In this document: piece by piece, positions 1-8,220 of the stretch
Layout of the letters: the number at the start of each line of letters is the position of its first letter
Position numbering within the stretch: position 1 is the first letter of the stretch
Assembly (NCBI GenBank): GCA_031425655.1
Contig: JANPJS010000259.1
Span: forward strand, 1 to 49,219
DNA from: Abditibacteriaceae bacterium
Lineage (GTDB): Bacteria > Armatimonadota > Abditibacteriia > Abditibacteriales > Abditibacteriaceae
Length of the DNA stretch: 49,219 nt
Direction of reading: 5' to 3'
Notes under the pieces: model-generated
Databases searched by the model: none
What the model saw: the letters and a program-made list of their open reading frames with translations, nothing else
What the model was told of the DNA's origin: nothing
Made by a program: the position numbers and the translations under genes

Positions 1-44
1 GCGAAGGCGGACTTCGTAACTATAGACCCGGATTTTAATCCGGG
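1..44. repeat. Right arm of a REP-like palindromic element, truncated by the window edge
   Basis: gcgaaggcggacttcg...cccggattttaatccggg has the same terminal-hairpin architecture as the elements at 5879-5992 and 23589-23709. Confidence 0.5.
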
Positions 45-59
45 TTAGGCTGAACCAAA

Positions 60-650
60 ATGTCTGAACCGAACCTCAATATTGACCCGCCGGATCGCCA
101 TGCGCCTGTGCGCCGCATCGTCTGGCTGACTTTGTTGACTGCCATCGTGGTTGTTATCGGCGCGATGCAGCAATATAGACGATACAAGCTGACTCCAGAG
201 GAGATACAAACGCGCAAGACACAAGCGTTTCCCGGTAAAACGAGCGCGATTTTTGAAAACGCATCGCAAATTACGCTTTATTCTCTTGAAGGCTCATCAT
301 TAGAACACCGCATTTCGGCCACGTCCCGTCCCGGACAATTTCACGGCCATCCGATTTTGGGCCAAACCGTGTTGAGCGGAGCCGATAAAGAGCGCGTAGT
401 GCCGGCCATTTATGGTGGTTTTGCGGAGAGGCGGATATTTCGCGCGGCTTGTTTTGTGCCGCATCACGGCTTGCGCGCCGTTCAAGGCAAACAAAGCGTG
501 GATTTAGTGATTTGTTTTGGTTGCACGACTCTTGTAACTTTTTCGGCGGGCCAGCAGGGCAGTGCGCCGATTACTCACGCCCCGGAAAAGTATCTCAATC
601 GCTTGCTCCGCGATGCCGGCGCGAAATTCGACCCGGCTTTCAAACCTTAA
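60..650 (+). CDS. Membrane-anchored hypothetical protein with a Cys/His cluster
   Basis: 196-aa ORF; N-terminal hydrophobic helix; CFVPHHG...VICFGC motif; stop 1 nt before the next ATG. Confidence 0.75.
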   Translation: MSEPNLNIDPPDRHAPVRRIVWLTLLTAIVVVIGAMQQYRRYKLTPEEIQTRKTQAFPGKTSAIFENASQITLYSLEGSSLEHRISATSRPGQFHGHPILGQTVLSGADKERVVPAIYGGFAERRIFRAACFVPHHGLRAVQGKQSVDLVICFGCTTLVTFSAGQQGSAPITHAPEKYLNRLLRDAGAKFDPAFKP

Positions 651-651
651 A

Positions 652-1977
652 ATGTTTCCCACACTCATTCTCGCTTTAACCGGCTGCCTGCTGCTCGTTG
701 TGCTGTTGTCGGCCTCCGAGGCTGCGCTGGCGGCGACCAATCGCGTGCGGCTGCGGCACCTGCTGCGGATGCACGCCGCCGACGAAAACAACACCGCGCA
801 ACTGCTTTCCAGCGAATTATCCGGCGATGCGCAAAAGTTCATCGCAACCGTGACTATCGCGGCGAATCTGCCGCTTTTAGCCGCAGCGGTTTTGGCGCTG
901 TGGCTGGCCGAAGAACATTACGAACTCGAAATTCAAGTGGGTGTCATCTGCGCGCTCATCGCGCTTTGCACCATTGCGTTCGGGCAAATCGCGCCGCGCT
1001 TGCTCGTGGAGCGGCCCGGCGCGCAGATGCACTGGTGGTGGGTGCGTCCGGCGCGCTTGCTCGTGGCGATTTTGCGCTGGCCCGTCGAGCTTTTGCTGTT
1101 CGTCGGCGCGTTATTATTGCGTCCGTTTGGCATTTTAGGCACAGCGGCGCCCTCTGCCGGAACGGAAAGCGAAAACAGCGACGAAGGCGAACACGAAATC
1201 CGCGAATTGGTGGAAAGCGCGCAGGCGTCGGGCGCAATTGAGCCGGGGCACCGCGAGCTGATCGAAAGCATTTTTTCCTTCGGCGACACGCGCGCCCACG
1301 AAGTGATGACGCCGCGTCCCGACATCGTGGCGCTGCCCGTCGAATGCTCCGCCGCACGATTGCTGGATACGTTGCAGGAAAGCGGGCATTCGCGCATTCC
1401 GCTTTACGAAGACAACGTGGACAGCGTGGTCGGCATCGTCCACGCGCGCGATGTTTTAGCGCGATTGGGGCAGGGCGAGTTGAATTTCGCGCCGCGCGAG
1501 CTAAAACGCGAGGCGCTTTTCGTGCCCGCCTCGAAGAAAATAGACGAAGCCTTAGCCGCCATGCGCGCCGGTCAAACGCACTTGGCGATTGTGGTGGACG
1601 AGTTCGGCGGCACCGCCGGGCTGCTGACAATTGAAGATATTCTCGAAGAATTAGTCGGTGAAATTGCCGATGAACACGACCGCCGCGTTGAAGAGCCGTT
1701 CGTGTTGTTGGACGAGCATTCGGCCCTTGCCGACGCGCGTTTGCACACCGAAGATTTGATTGAGCATTGGAATCTGGAATTGCCGCCCGGCCAATTCGAT
1801 ACTATCGGTGGCTTCGTCATCGAGCGACTGGGCCATGCGCCGGTCTTTGGCGATAAAATCGAAATCGTGCTCGAAGAAGAAACCGTGACTTTGACGGTTC
1901 ACAGTATGCGCGGCTCGCGGGCGCAGAAAATCTTGATTCACAGACAGCCGCGCGCGGTTGACGATGAAACAATGTGA
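652..1977 (+). CDS. HlyC/CorC (hemolysin, CNNM-CBS-CorC) family transporter
   Basis: N-terminal TM region with SASEAAL; VMTPRPDI, SGHSRIPLY and VVDEFGGTAGLLTIEDILEELVGEI CBS motifs; DTIGGFV CorC tail; ATG at 652. Confidence 0.93.
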   Translation: MFPTLILALTGCLLLVVLLSASEAALAATNRVRLRHLLRMHAADENNTAQLLSSELSGDAQKFIATVTIAANLPLLAAAVLALWLAEEHYELEIQVGVICALIALCTIAFGQIAPRLLVERPGAQMHWWWVRPARLLVAILRWPVELLLFVGALLLRPFGILGTAAPSAGTESENSDEGEHEIRELVESAQASGAIEPGHRELIESIFSFGDTRAHEVMTPRPDIVALPVECSAARLLDTLQESGHSRIPLYEDNVDSVVGIVHARDVLARLGQGELNFAPRELKREALFVPASKKIDEALAAMRAGQTHLAIVVDEFGGTAGLLTIEDILEELVGEIADEHDRRVEEPFVLLDEHSALADARLHTEDLIEHWNLELPPGQFDTIGGFVIERLGHAPVFGDKIEIVLEEETVTLTVHSMRGSRAQKILIHRQPRAVDDETM

Positions 1978-2016
1978 AGATTAAAAAGCAGCTTTGTGGC
2001 TGATGTTGAGCCGTAG

Positions 2017-2090
2017 AGCGGGGCTAACGCCTTCTTCCAAACAGAGAATGCCGATCCTCCCACTATTTGGAAGAGGTCGTTAGCCCCGCT
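2017..2090. repeat. REP-like inverted repeat
   Basis: agcggggctaacg..ttccaaa / tttggaa..cgttagccccgct; the left arm is led by GTAG. Confidence 0.7.
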
Positions 2091-2183
2091 TTGAAACACT
2101 TATGCAAGAAGTTTATTGGTGTCAAATGACAACGAGCCGTGTCAGCGTAGCTCTGACGGCGTTAAAATAGGCATAGCTTTTTA

Positions 2184-2216
2184 AATTCAAAATTCAAAAT
2201 TCTTAATTCAAAATTC
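2184..2216. repeat. Heptamer tandem repeat (aattcaa)n
   Basis: aattcaa aattcaa aattctt aattcaa aattc directly upstream of the ATG at 2223. Confidence 0.8.
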
Positions 2217-2222
2217 CTTCTC

Positions 2223-3212
2223 ATGCCCGTTACTCTTAAAATCGAAGACAAGCAGCGCCAACGCGCGAGTGCGCCGGGCGCGCCTCCGCCCGCTCAACTG
2301 AGCGATTATGCCGTCTCCAACGAACGCTCCGAAGGCATCAAAGCGTTTTTGCTGTGGTTTTTCATGATGGCGCTGATTTGCGGAATCCCTTTTGCCATTC
2401 CCAATATGCAGTCTTTCGGAATCGGCCTGCTCGTGTGGTGGTTCGTTTCCATTCTGGTTTATTACGTGTTTGTGCCGCGTATTTTGCTGCGCCGTTTACG
2501 CTTTCACGGCGCCGAGTTTGAAATCACGGCCAAAAAGCACCCGCGTCTGAAAACAATGCTTTCTAAAGGCAGCGCGCTGCTGGGATTAAGCGAGCCGGAG
2601 GGCTTCGTCAGCGAGGAATTAGCGCCTCATGTGCGGCTTCTCGGCAGCAAAGACCCGCATTTTTATATGGTGACACAAGGCGCTATAAATCTGCTTTCGC
2701 CGCCCGAACTCGATTGCCTGACGCTGCGCTCTCTGATTCAAGGCCGCCAGCGACAGGCCGCGCGCCTGAATCTGATTCAAGCCATGACCGCGACTCCGGC
2801 GCCGGTGCGCCTGCTGGTGTGGCCGATGAATTTGTATTCGGTGCTGCTGCAATTGAGCTGGAGCGAACTCGCCAACCAAACCGCCGACCGCTTGACGCTG
2901 CTTTTGCTGCGTGATTACAAGCTGCTGATGCGCGCGATTTTGAAGATGCACTCGGCTTTTGACCAAATAATGATCGAATCCGAAGTCACGCCCGAAGATG
3001 TGGAGTCTTACGTCAATCAGGCGGGGCGTATCAGTGTCGAGGGCACGGAAATTTCCACACAATACAAAATCGGCTCGGCGATTTCGGCCAACCCTTTTCT
3101 CGAAGAACGCTTGAAAGCCTTGACGGACTGGTCGAAATCGAAGGAATATCAGGACGCCCTGCAAAAACTCGCCGAAGCACGCGGCAAAGCGGCTCCAACG
3201 CCCGTTCAGTAA
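2223..3212 (+). CDS. M48 (HtpX/Ste24)-like membrane protein lacking HExxH
   Basis: Two N-terminal TMs; M48-like segments (HPRL, LLSPPELD, TADR, NPFLEERLKAL); zinc-motif position reads LRSLIQ. Confidence 0.65.
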   Translation: MPVTLKIEDKQRQRASAPGAPPPAQLSDYAVSNERSEGIKAFLLWFFMMALICGIPFAIPNMQSFGIGLLVWWFVSILVYYVFVPRILLRRLRFHGAEFEITAKKHPRLKTMLSKGSALLGLSEPEGFVSEELAPHVRLLGSKDPHFYMVTQGAINLLSPPELDCLTLRSLIQGRQRQAARLNLIQAMTATPAPVRLLVWPMNLYSVLLQLSWSELANQTADRLTLLLLRDYKLLMRAILKMHSAFDQIMIESEVTPEDVESYVNQAGRISVEGTEISTQYKIGSAISANPFLEERLKALTDWSKSKEYQDALQKLAEARGKAAPTPVQ

Positions 3213-3280
3213 CCACAAAAAGCACAAAAGGCGCAAAAAGTTGGATTTTCTTTTTGCGCCTTTTGTGCTTTTTGTGGTTA
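3210..3280. repeat. Palindromic cassette with perfect 31-bp arms; probable bidirectional terminator
   Basis: taaccacaaaaagcacaaaaggcgcaaaaag and its exact reverse complement, between convergent stop codons. Confidence 0.9.
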
Positions 3281-3556
3281 TTATTTGTTGCTGCGGCACT
3301 CTTCGACAACGTTTTTGGGCACCGATTTCAGCGCCAGCAGCACTAATCCGGGGACAATAACGGCGTCGTCGAGATGGCCGATAATCGGGATGAAGTCGGG
3401 AATCAAATCGAACGGCATCAGGGCGTAGCCGATGGCCATTCCGAGCATAATTTTCGCGCCGCGCGGCGTTTGCGGATGCGCCGCAACGCGCCGATAGAAT
3501 TCCAATTCGCGCTTGAAGGCGCGGCCAATTTCAGCCAAGCGCGTTTTCAAATTCAC
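3281..3556 (-). CDS. YkvA/DUF1232 family membrane protein
   Basis: YALMPFDLIPDFIPIIGHLDD signature; GTG start overlaps the upstream TGA. Confidence 0.9.
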   Translation of the reverse strand: MNLKTRLAEIGRAFKRELEFYRRVAAHPQTPRGAKIMLGMAIGYALMPFDLIPDFIPIIGHLDDAVIVPGLVLLALKSVPKNVVEECRSNK

Positions 3557-4326
3557 GCTTCCCACCACGCCACAAGTCCGAAACGCCCCGCCGTGCCGTT
3601 TTGGCCGCGATGTGAAAACAATAATCCATTGGCGCAGCGTGGGCAGTGCGGCATGACTTCGATGTTTTGTGGCAGAACGCCCCAATCTTCCAAATCACGG
3701 CGCAAAAGCAAACGCAAATCGAGATTGGGCTTCTGCCGGCTTTCGTCACCGAGCAGCACAGCATCCGGCGCCGTCGCGCGTGCGGCTTGCGCGACCTCTT
3801 CGCCGATTTCAAAGCAAAAGACACATAAAGTCGGCCCGATTCCGACTAAAACGTCACCTGCGCTTGTGCCGAATGCGCTCTGCATCTTCGCCAACGTTTG
3901 CGATGCGATGTTCGCCACCGCGCCGCGCCAACCGGCATGAACGACCGCCAAAACGTGATTCTTCGGGTCAACGAGCAGAATCGGCGCGCAGTCGGCAACT
4001 TGAATCAAGATCGGCACGCGCGGCGCTTGCACGATAAGCGCGTCGCAATCAGGCACGGCGGAATCCCAATCGAAGGCGCCGCGCCCTTCCTGAAAAATGA
4101 ACTCGACTTTGGAGCCATGAACCTGTTGCGCGGCAACGAGACGCGCCGCGTCGTAGCCGAGAATCTCCGCCACCGCGCGACGGTTTTCGGTCACGCGCGC
4201 CGCGTCGTCGCCGACATGATAGGCCAGATTCAGCGCGTCATATGGCCCGTTTGCGCCGCCGCGCGTGGTGACGGCGTGGCGCAAATTCGGGATGCACGAA
4301 AGCGAATCGAAGCGAAGAAACTGCAT
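3553..4326 (-). CDS. pgeF: PgeF/YfiH family purine nucleoside phosphorylase (peptidoglycan editing factor)
   Basis: TTRGG, LNLAYHVGD, QVHG, ADCAPILL, HAGWRG, IGP and FSHR motifs. Confidence 0.93.
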   Translation of the reverse strand: MQFLRFDSLSCIPNLRHAVTTRGGANGPYDALNLAYHVGDDAARVTENRRAVAEILGYDAARLVAAQQVHGSKVEFIFQEGRGAFDWDSAVPDCDALIVQAPRVPILIQVADCAPILLVDPKNHVLAVVHAGWRGAVANIASQTLAKMQSAFGTSAGDVLVGIGPTLCVFCFEIGEEVAQAARATAPDAVLLGDESRQKPNLDLRLLLRRDLEDWGVLPQNIEVMPHCPRCANGLLFSHRGQNGTAGRFGLVAWWEA

Positions 4327-4333
4327 TTCGATT

Positions 4334-4391
4334 AACCGCCAAGACGCCAAGAACGCCAAGAGATTTTAAGTTTCTTGGCGTCTTGGCGGTT
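4334..4391. repeat. Palindromic cassette of cgccaaga units
   Basis: aaccgccaagacgccaagaa / ttcttggcgtcttggcggtt. Confidence 0.85.
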
Positions 4392-4403
4392 CACATCCGA
4401 AAA

Positions 4404-5357
4404 CTACTTCCCAAGTTTGGCGCGGATGTCGGCCAACTGTCCGGCGCTGCCCAGTTTCTCGTTTTTGTGGGCGATGAATTCGGCGTAGGCGGCCATGAAA
4501 ATCTTGCCCGGCCCACGCAAATCGAAGTCTTCGGGCTTGTCGCGGAAGAATTCACGATGCACGCGCGTCCAGACCAAGCGGCCATCGGTGTCCACGTTAA
4601 CCTTCGTCACGCCCAATTTGGCGGCGGGCAGATATTCTTCTTCGTCCACGCCTTTGGCGCCTTCGCGCAATTTGCCGCCGGCTTCGTTGATGCGGCGCAC
4701 TTCGTCTTGTGGCACGCTGGAAGAGCCGTGCATCACCATCGGAAAGCCGGGCAGAATCTGCTGAATCTGTTTAATGCGGTCGAAATGCAAACCTTGTCCG
4801 CCGCTGAACTTGTAAGCGCCGTGACTGGTGCCGATGGCCACCGCAAGCGAATCGCAGCCGCTTTCGGTCACGAACTTTTCGGCGTCATTCGGGTCGGTCA
4901 GGCAGGCGTTCTTTTCGTCTACGGCAACGTGTTCTTCCACGCCGCCAAGCATTCCCAGTTCAGCTTCGACCGAGATGCCTTTGGCATGAGCGCGCTCGAC
5001 AACGCGCCGCGTGATGGCGATGTTTTCATCGAGCGGATCGTGTGAAGCGTCAATCATCACGCTGGAATAAAAGCCCGAATCAATGCAGTCGTAGCAGGTC
5101 TGCTCGTCGCCGTGATCCAGGTGAACCGCGAAAATCGCTTCGGGGAAAACTTCTTCGGCAGAGCGAATGATGCCTTCCAACATCGTCTTATCGGTGTAGC
5201 TGCGGGCGCCCTTCGAGAGCTGAATAATGAACGGCGCTTGTGAATCAATGCAGCCCTTGAACAAGCCCATCGTTTGTTCGAGGTTGTTGATGTTGTAAGC
5301 GCCGACGGCGTAGTTGCCGTAAGCGATTTTAAATAGTTCTTTGGTGGTAACGATCAT
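4404..5357 (-). CDS. fba: Fructose-1,6-bisphosphate aldolase, class II
   Basis: VHLDHG, SSVMIDAS, VEAELG, LAVAIGTSHGAYK, MHGSS and KVNVDTD motifs; AGGAG RBS. Confidence 0.96.
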   Translation of the reverse strand: MIVTTKELFKIAYGNYAVGAYNINNLEQTMGLFKGCIDSQAPFIIQLSKGARSYTDKTMLEGIIRSAEEVFPEAIFAVHLDHGDEQTCYDCIDSGFYSSVMIDASHDPLDENIAITRRVVERAHAKGISVEAELGMLGGVEEHVAVDEKNACLTDPNDAEKFVTESGCDSLAVAIGTSHGAYKFSGGQGLHFDRIKQIQQILPGFPMVMHGSSSVPQDEVRRINEAGGKLREGAKGVDEEEYLPAAKLGVTKVNVDTDGRLVWTRVHREFFRDKPEDFDLRGPGKIFMAAYAEFIAHKNEKLGSAGQLADIRAKLGK

Positions 5358-5488
5358 CGAATGTCTCCTTTAAATGTCGCAAGCAGTGTAACAACCGCTT
5401 GCCGCGCGAAAAAGGCGAAAACAAGCAAGGCAGTTAATAGCGCGCCGCGCGGAGTCGTGAATTATCAGCGACGACTTTACAGACAGAA

Positions 5489-5524
5489 AAGCCTGATTTG
5501 GCATTTTGGGGCCGAATCAGGCTT
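5489..5524 (-). terminator. Intrinsic terminator
   Basis: aagcctgatt..aatcaggctt stem followed by a T-run on the minus strand; lies downstream of the orphan desaturase 3' copy. Confidence 0.65.
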
Positions 5525-5540
5525 CTTGCTTCGTCGCTTT

Positions 5541-5594
5541 CTAATTCTCTGCCGCAGGCGCTGGTTTTTGACGCGGTTGCGGCGAATTTTGGCG
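5541..5594 (-). repeat. Duplicated 3' end of the acyl-ACP desaturase gene
   Basis: 5554-5594 matches 6051-6091 at 40/41 nt; 5541-5553 resembles the desaturase A-E-N-stop at 6019-6031. Confidence 0.9.
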
Positions 5595-5595
5595 T

Positions 5596-5853
5596 TTACT
5601 GCCCGCGCCGAACCTGCTGGATGCCGCTTTCGGCCACGTCAATGATTAAATCGCCGCCGCGCTGCCCGACATAATTGCGCGGGCCATAATTGATGCGCCA
5701 GACCACAGCGTCGTCTTTCTCGTGCTGCGTGATGCTGATGAGGCTTTGGGTGGCGTCCACACCCATTTCTCCGGCGCGTTTGTTTGCCAAAGCCAAAGCC
5801 TGTGCTAACGAAACTGCGATTGCGTCTTGCGTCACTTCGGCTGGTGCAGTCAT
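5596..5853 (-). CDS. Small hypothetical protein, possibly NTF2-fold or PepSY-like immunity type
   Basis: 85-aa ORF; helix followed by W.I.Y...RGG..I.V beta-rich tail ending in GQ. Confidence 0.65.
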   Translation of the reverse strand: MTAPAEVTQDAIAVSLAQALALANKRAGEMGVDATQSLISITQHEKDDAVVWRINYGPRNYVGQRGGDLIIDVAESGIQQVRRGQ

Positions 5854-5878
5854 ATCCAGTTAGTCCGATTCTTGCTTG

Positions 5879-5992
5879 GCCCGGCGACTAAAGTCGCGGC
5901 AACAAAAGCACGAAGCCTGCCTTCGCAGGCTAAATCTTTAGGCTCCGAAGGGAGCCTTTGTGCCTTTATTGCCGCGACTTTAGTCGCCGGGC
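5879..5992. repeat. REP/REPIN-like branched palindrome
   Basis: gcccggcgactaaagtcgcggcaa / ttgccgcgactttagtcgccgggc with two internal hairpins (agcctgccttcgcaggct, aggctccgaagggagcct). Confidence 0.9.
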
Positions 5993-6018
5993 ACATAGAA
6001 CAGCATTCTCTCGAAGAT

Positions 6019-7203
6019 TTAATTTTCCGCCGGTTTTTGCGCCCCGCGCAGCAGGCGCTGGTTTTTGACGCGGTTGCGGCGGATTTTGGCGCGTTCTTCG
6101 CGCATTTCTTCGGCGTTGTTGGAAATCTCGTCGCCGCGAACCATCAGGCGTTGGTCGAGGTCGTCGTATTTGTCCATGCCGCGACTGCCGTTTAGCTTTT
6201 CGTTCATGTATTCGGCGGGCAGAATCAGCGAGGTGCTGGGTTCGCTTCGCACTTTGGCCGTCACTCCGGCAGCTTCGAGAAGGGGCGAACGTTTGGGCGC
6301 TTTGCCGTTTAAAGGCGAGCCGTTTTTCGGAATCGCGTGCCCGTTGGTGAGGCTGATGTGCTCGCGCTTAAGCGACTCGATAATGGCTTCGCGATTCGCG
6401 CGCAGCTTGGCTTCGCGCTCTTCCATCAGGTTGTATTGCTTGTCTAAACCTAAGTCTTCAAGAATCGGGTTTTTTACCAGTTTTACGTATTCGCGCGGGC
6501 CGTAGATGCCGGTTTTGGCCAAAACCAACGCCGATTCGTCGTAGCCGGGAATTTGTGAGGCGCCCGGCATGGTGAAATGGTCGAAGACGTATTTCATGTC
6601 TTCAACGGTGCCGGCGTCGTCGTATTTCATCCATTCTTTGACGATATTGCGGAAAAAGTTGTAATGCACGCGCTCGTCTACGCTGATGATGCGTAAAGCC
6701 GTCACGAGCGATGGATCGTTCTGCGCGGCGGCCATTTTTTCCAGATTGCGATAATTCCAGAAGGTCGCCAGTTCCTGAATCATCGTATAGCACACCATTT
6801 GGCGCGGATGGTCGAAGGGCAGTTCCCATTCGGCGTCGAGAAGGACTTTTTCCAATGCTTCGCGTTGCTCTTCGCTGCGATGGCCGCTGGAAAGCAGCCA
6901 CATTTCGAGCGCGAGGGAGTGCTTCGATTCTTCGTAGCCCCAGTTGACGTGAAACCAAGCACGTCCCCGGCTGCGACGAATCATGTGCAGCATTTTCGAG
7001 GTGAAATCGGGCAGATAGGCTTCGACCGAGCAAAACGTCTCGACGCAGTGCGCCAGTGTGTCCGTCGTGTTGGGATTAGCCTCTTCCCAGGGAATGTCGT
7101 TGAATACGTTCCAACGCCGCTTCTCCTCGGCGAGCTTGAGATATTTAATGAGTTCCTTGTAAAAGAACTCTTCCATTAAGCCTTGAACACTGCGCGCTGC
7201 CAA
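6019..7203 (-). CDS. Acyl-ACP desaturase (ferritin-like di-iron) with a long C-terminal extension
   Basis: VEAYLPDF, WGYEESKH, IQELAT and DERVH diiron motifs; TTG start with a GAGGTGG RBS. Confidence 0.88.
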   Translation of the reverse strand: MAARSVQGLMEEFFYKELIKYLKLAEEKRRWNVFNDIPWEEANPNTTDTLAHCVETFCSVEAYLPDFTSKMLHMIRRSRGRAWFHVNWGYEESKHSLALEMWLLSSGHRSEEQREALEKVLLDAEWELPFDHPRQMVCYTMIQELATFWNYRNLEKMAAAQNDPSLVTALRIISVDERVHYNFFRNIVKEWMKYDDAGTVEDMKYVFDHFTMPGASQIPGYDESALVLAKTGIYGPREYVKLVKNPILEDLGLDKQYNLMEEREAKLRANREAIIESLKREHISLTNGHAIPKNGSPLNGKAPKRSPLLEAAGVTAKVRSEPSTSLILPAEYMNEKLNGSRGMDKYDDLDQRLMVRGDEISNNAEEMREERAKIRRNRVKNQRLLRGAQKPAEN

Positions 7204-7316
7204 ACTGCCACCTCGTTAAACCGGTCGGGCGAGAAGCCGAAATTAGGCTTTTCGCCCTTTAAATCTTATCAGAAAAATCGCATTTTGCCGCCAAAACGCA
7301 TCCTTCAAGCGATGGG

Positions 7317-8084
7317 TTAAGGTGCTTTAGCCGTCGCCGGTGCGCCCGTTACGGGCAAAATTTGCACGTTGCTAAAGCGCAGTGAGCGCATATGCGGCGT
7401 GGTTTCTTTATCGAAAGTCACGACGGTGCGCGAAAGCGGCAGCCACGCGCCGCCCATTTGTGAATACGCATCGCGGAAGGCCTGCACTTCCTGCAAAGCG
7501 CCGCTTTTGGCATCGCGGTAACTCACGACAAAGTGTTGCGGCAGATATTTGCCGCCGTCGGTGGTCTGCGTTTGAATCACGCTGATCGTGAAACGTGTCT
7601 CGCCCATCGTGCGCGTGACTTCCGTAACGCGATTATCGCGCACGCGATAATTAGAAAGCAATTTATCGTTGAGATTGACCAGCCGCCCGAAAGCGTTGCC
7701 GTCATCGGGGCCAAGCGTGAGTGGAAAGCGCCCGTCGCCTTTGGCGAAATCGCCGCCGCGCCGATGCCCGATGATGCTCATCACTTGGTCGGTTGCCCAA
7801 TCGCTGCTGTCTTTGTCCAAGCCGTCGAACTTGACTTGCGATTCTTCGCCGCGCTTGTAACGCAGCGTGCCTTTGAAGTCTTTGCCGTTGTTGCTAAATG
7901 TCACGTCGGCGCTGAAACCGGGAAAATTGTCGGGCATAACCTGCCGATTGTCGTGCGCGCCTTTCAACAGCGCATAAGCAGCGGGATCGGCTTTGGGTTC
8001 GTCCGCCGCGAAAGCGTGAACCGATAAAGCTAAAGTTGCGATGGGAATCAAGCGCGCCACGCGGCGCGGAACAGAAAGTTGCAT
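7317..8084 (-). CDS. Exported DUF3386 family protein
   Basis: Signal peptide (AFA|A); AHDNR..NFPGFSADV, IIGHRR and YLP..F motifs; AGGAG RBS. Confidence 0.75.
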   Translation of the reverse strand: MQLSVPRRVARLIPIATLALSVHAFAADEPKADPAAYALLKGAHDNRQVMPDNFPGFSADVTFSNNGKDFKGTLRYKRGEESQVKFDGLDKDSSDWATDQVMSIIGHRRGGDFAKGDGRFPLTLGPDDGNAFGRLVNLNDKLLSNYRVRDNRVTEVTRTMGETRFTISVIQTQTTDGGKYLPQHFVVSYRDAKSGALQEVQAFRDAYSQMGGAWLPLSRTVVTFDKETTPHMRSLRFSNVQILPVTGAPATAKAP

Positions 8085-8220
8085 AATCGTCTCCTGAAAG
8101 CGTCGCATTGAATTTTAATGCTGCGACTCCGGCGGCGCGAGTGCCGCAAAAGACGCGCCGTGAGAAATTTGCGAAAATAGTGTGGGTTTAAAACGACCTT
8201 TCGCGGAGGAATTGAAAAAT

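Noticed and set aside
2099..2120. ttatgcaagaagtttatt as a possible IS/MITE end
   Set aside because: No matching partner end or target duplication was found.
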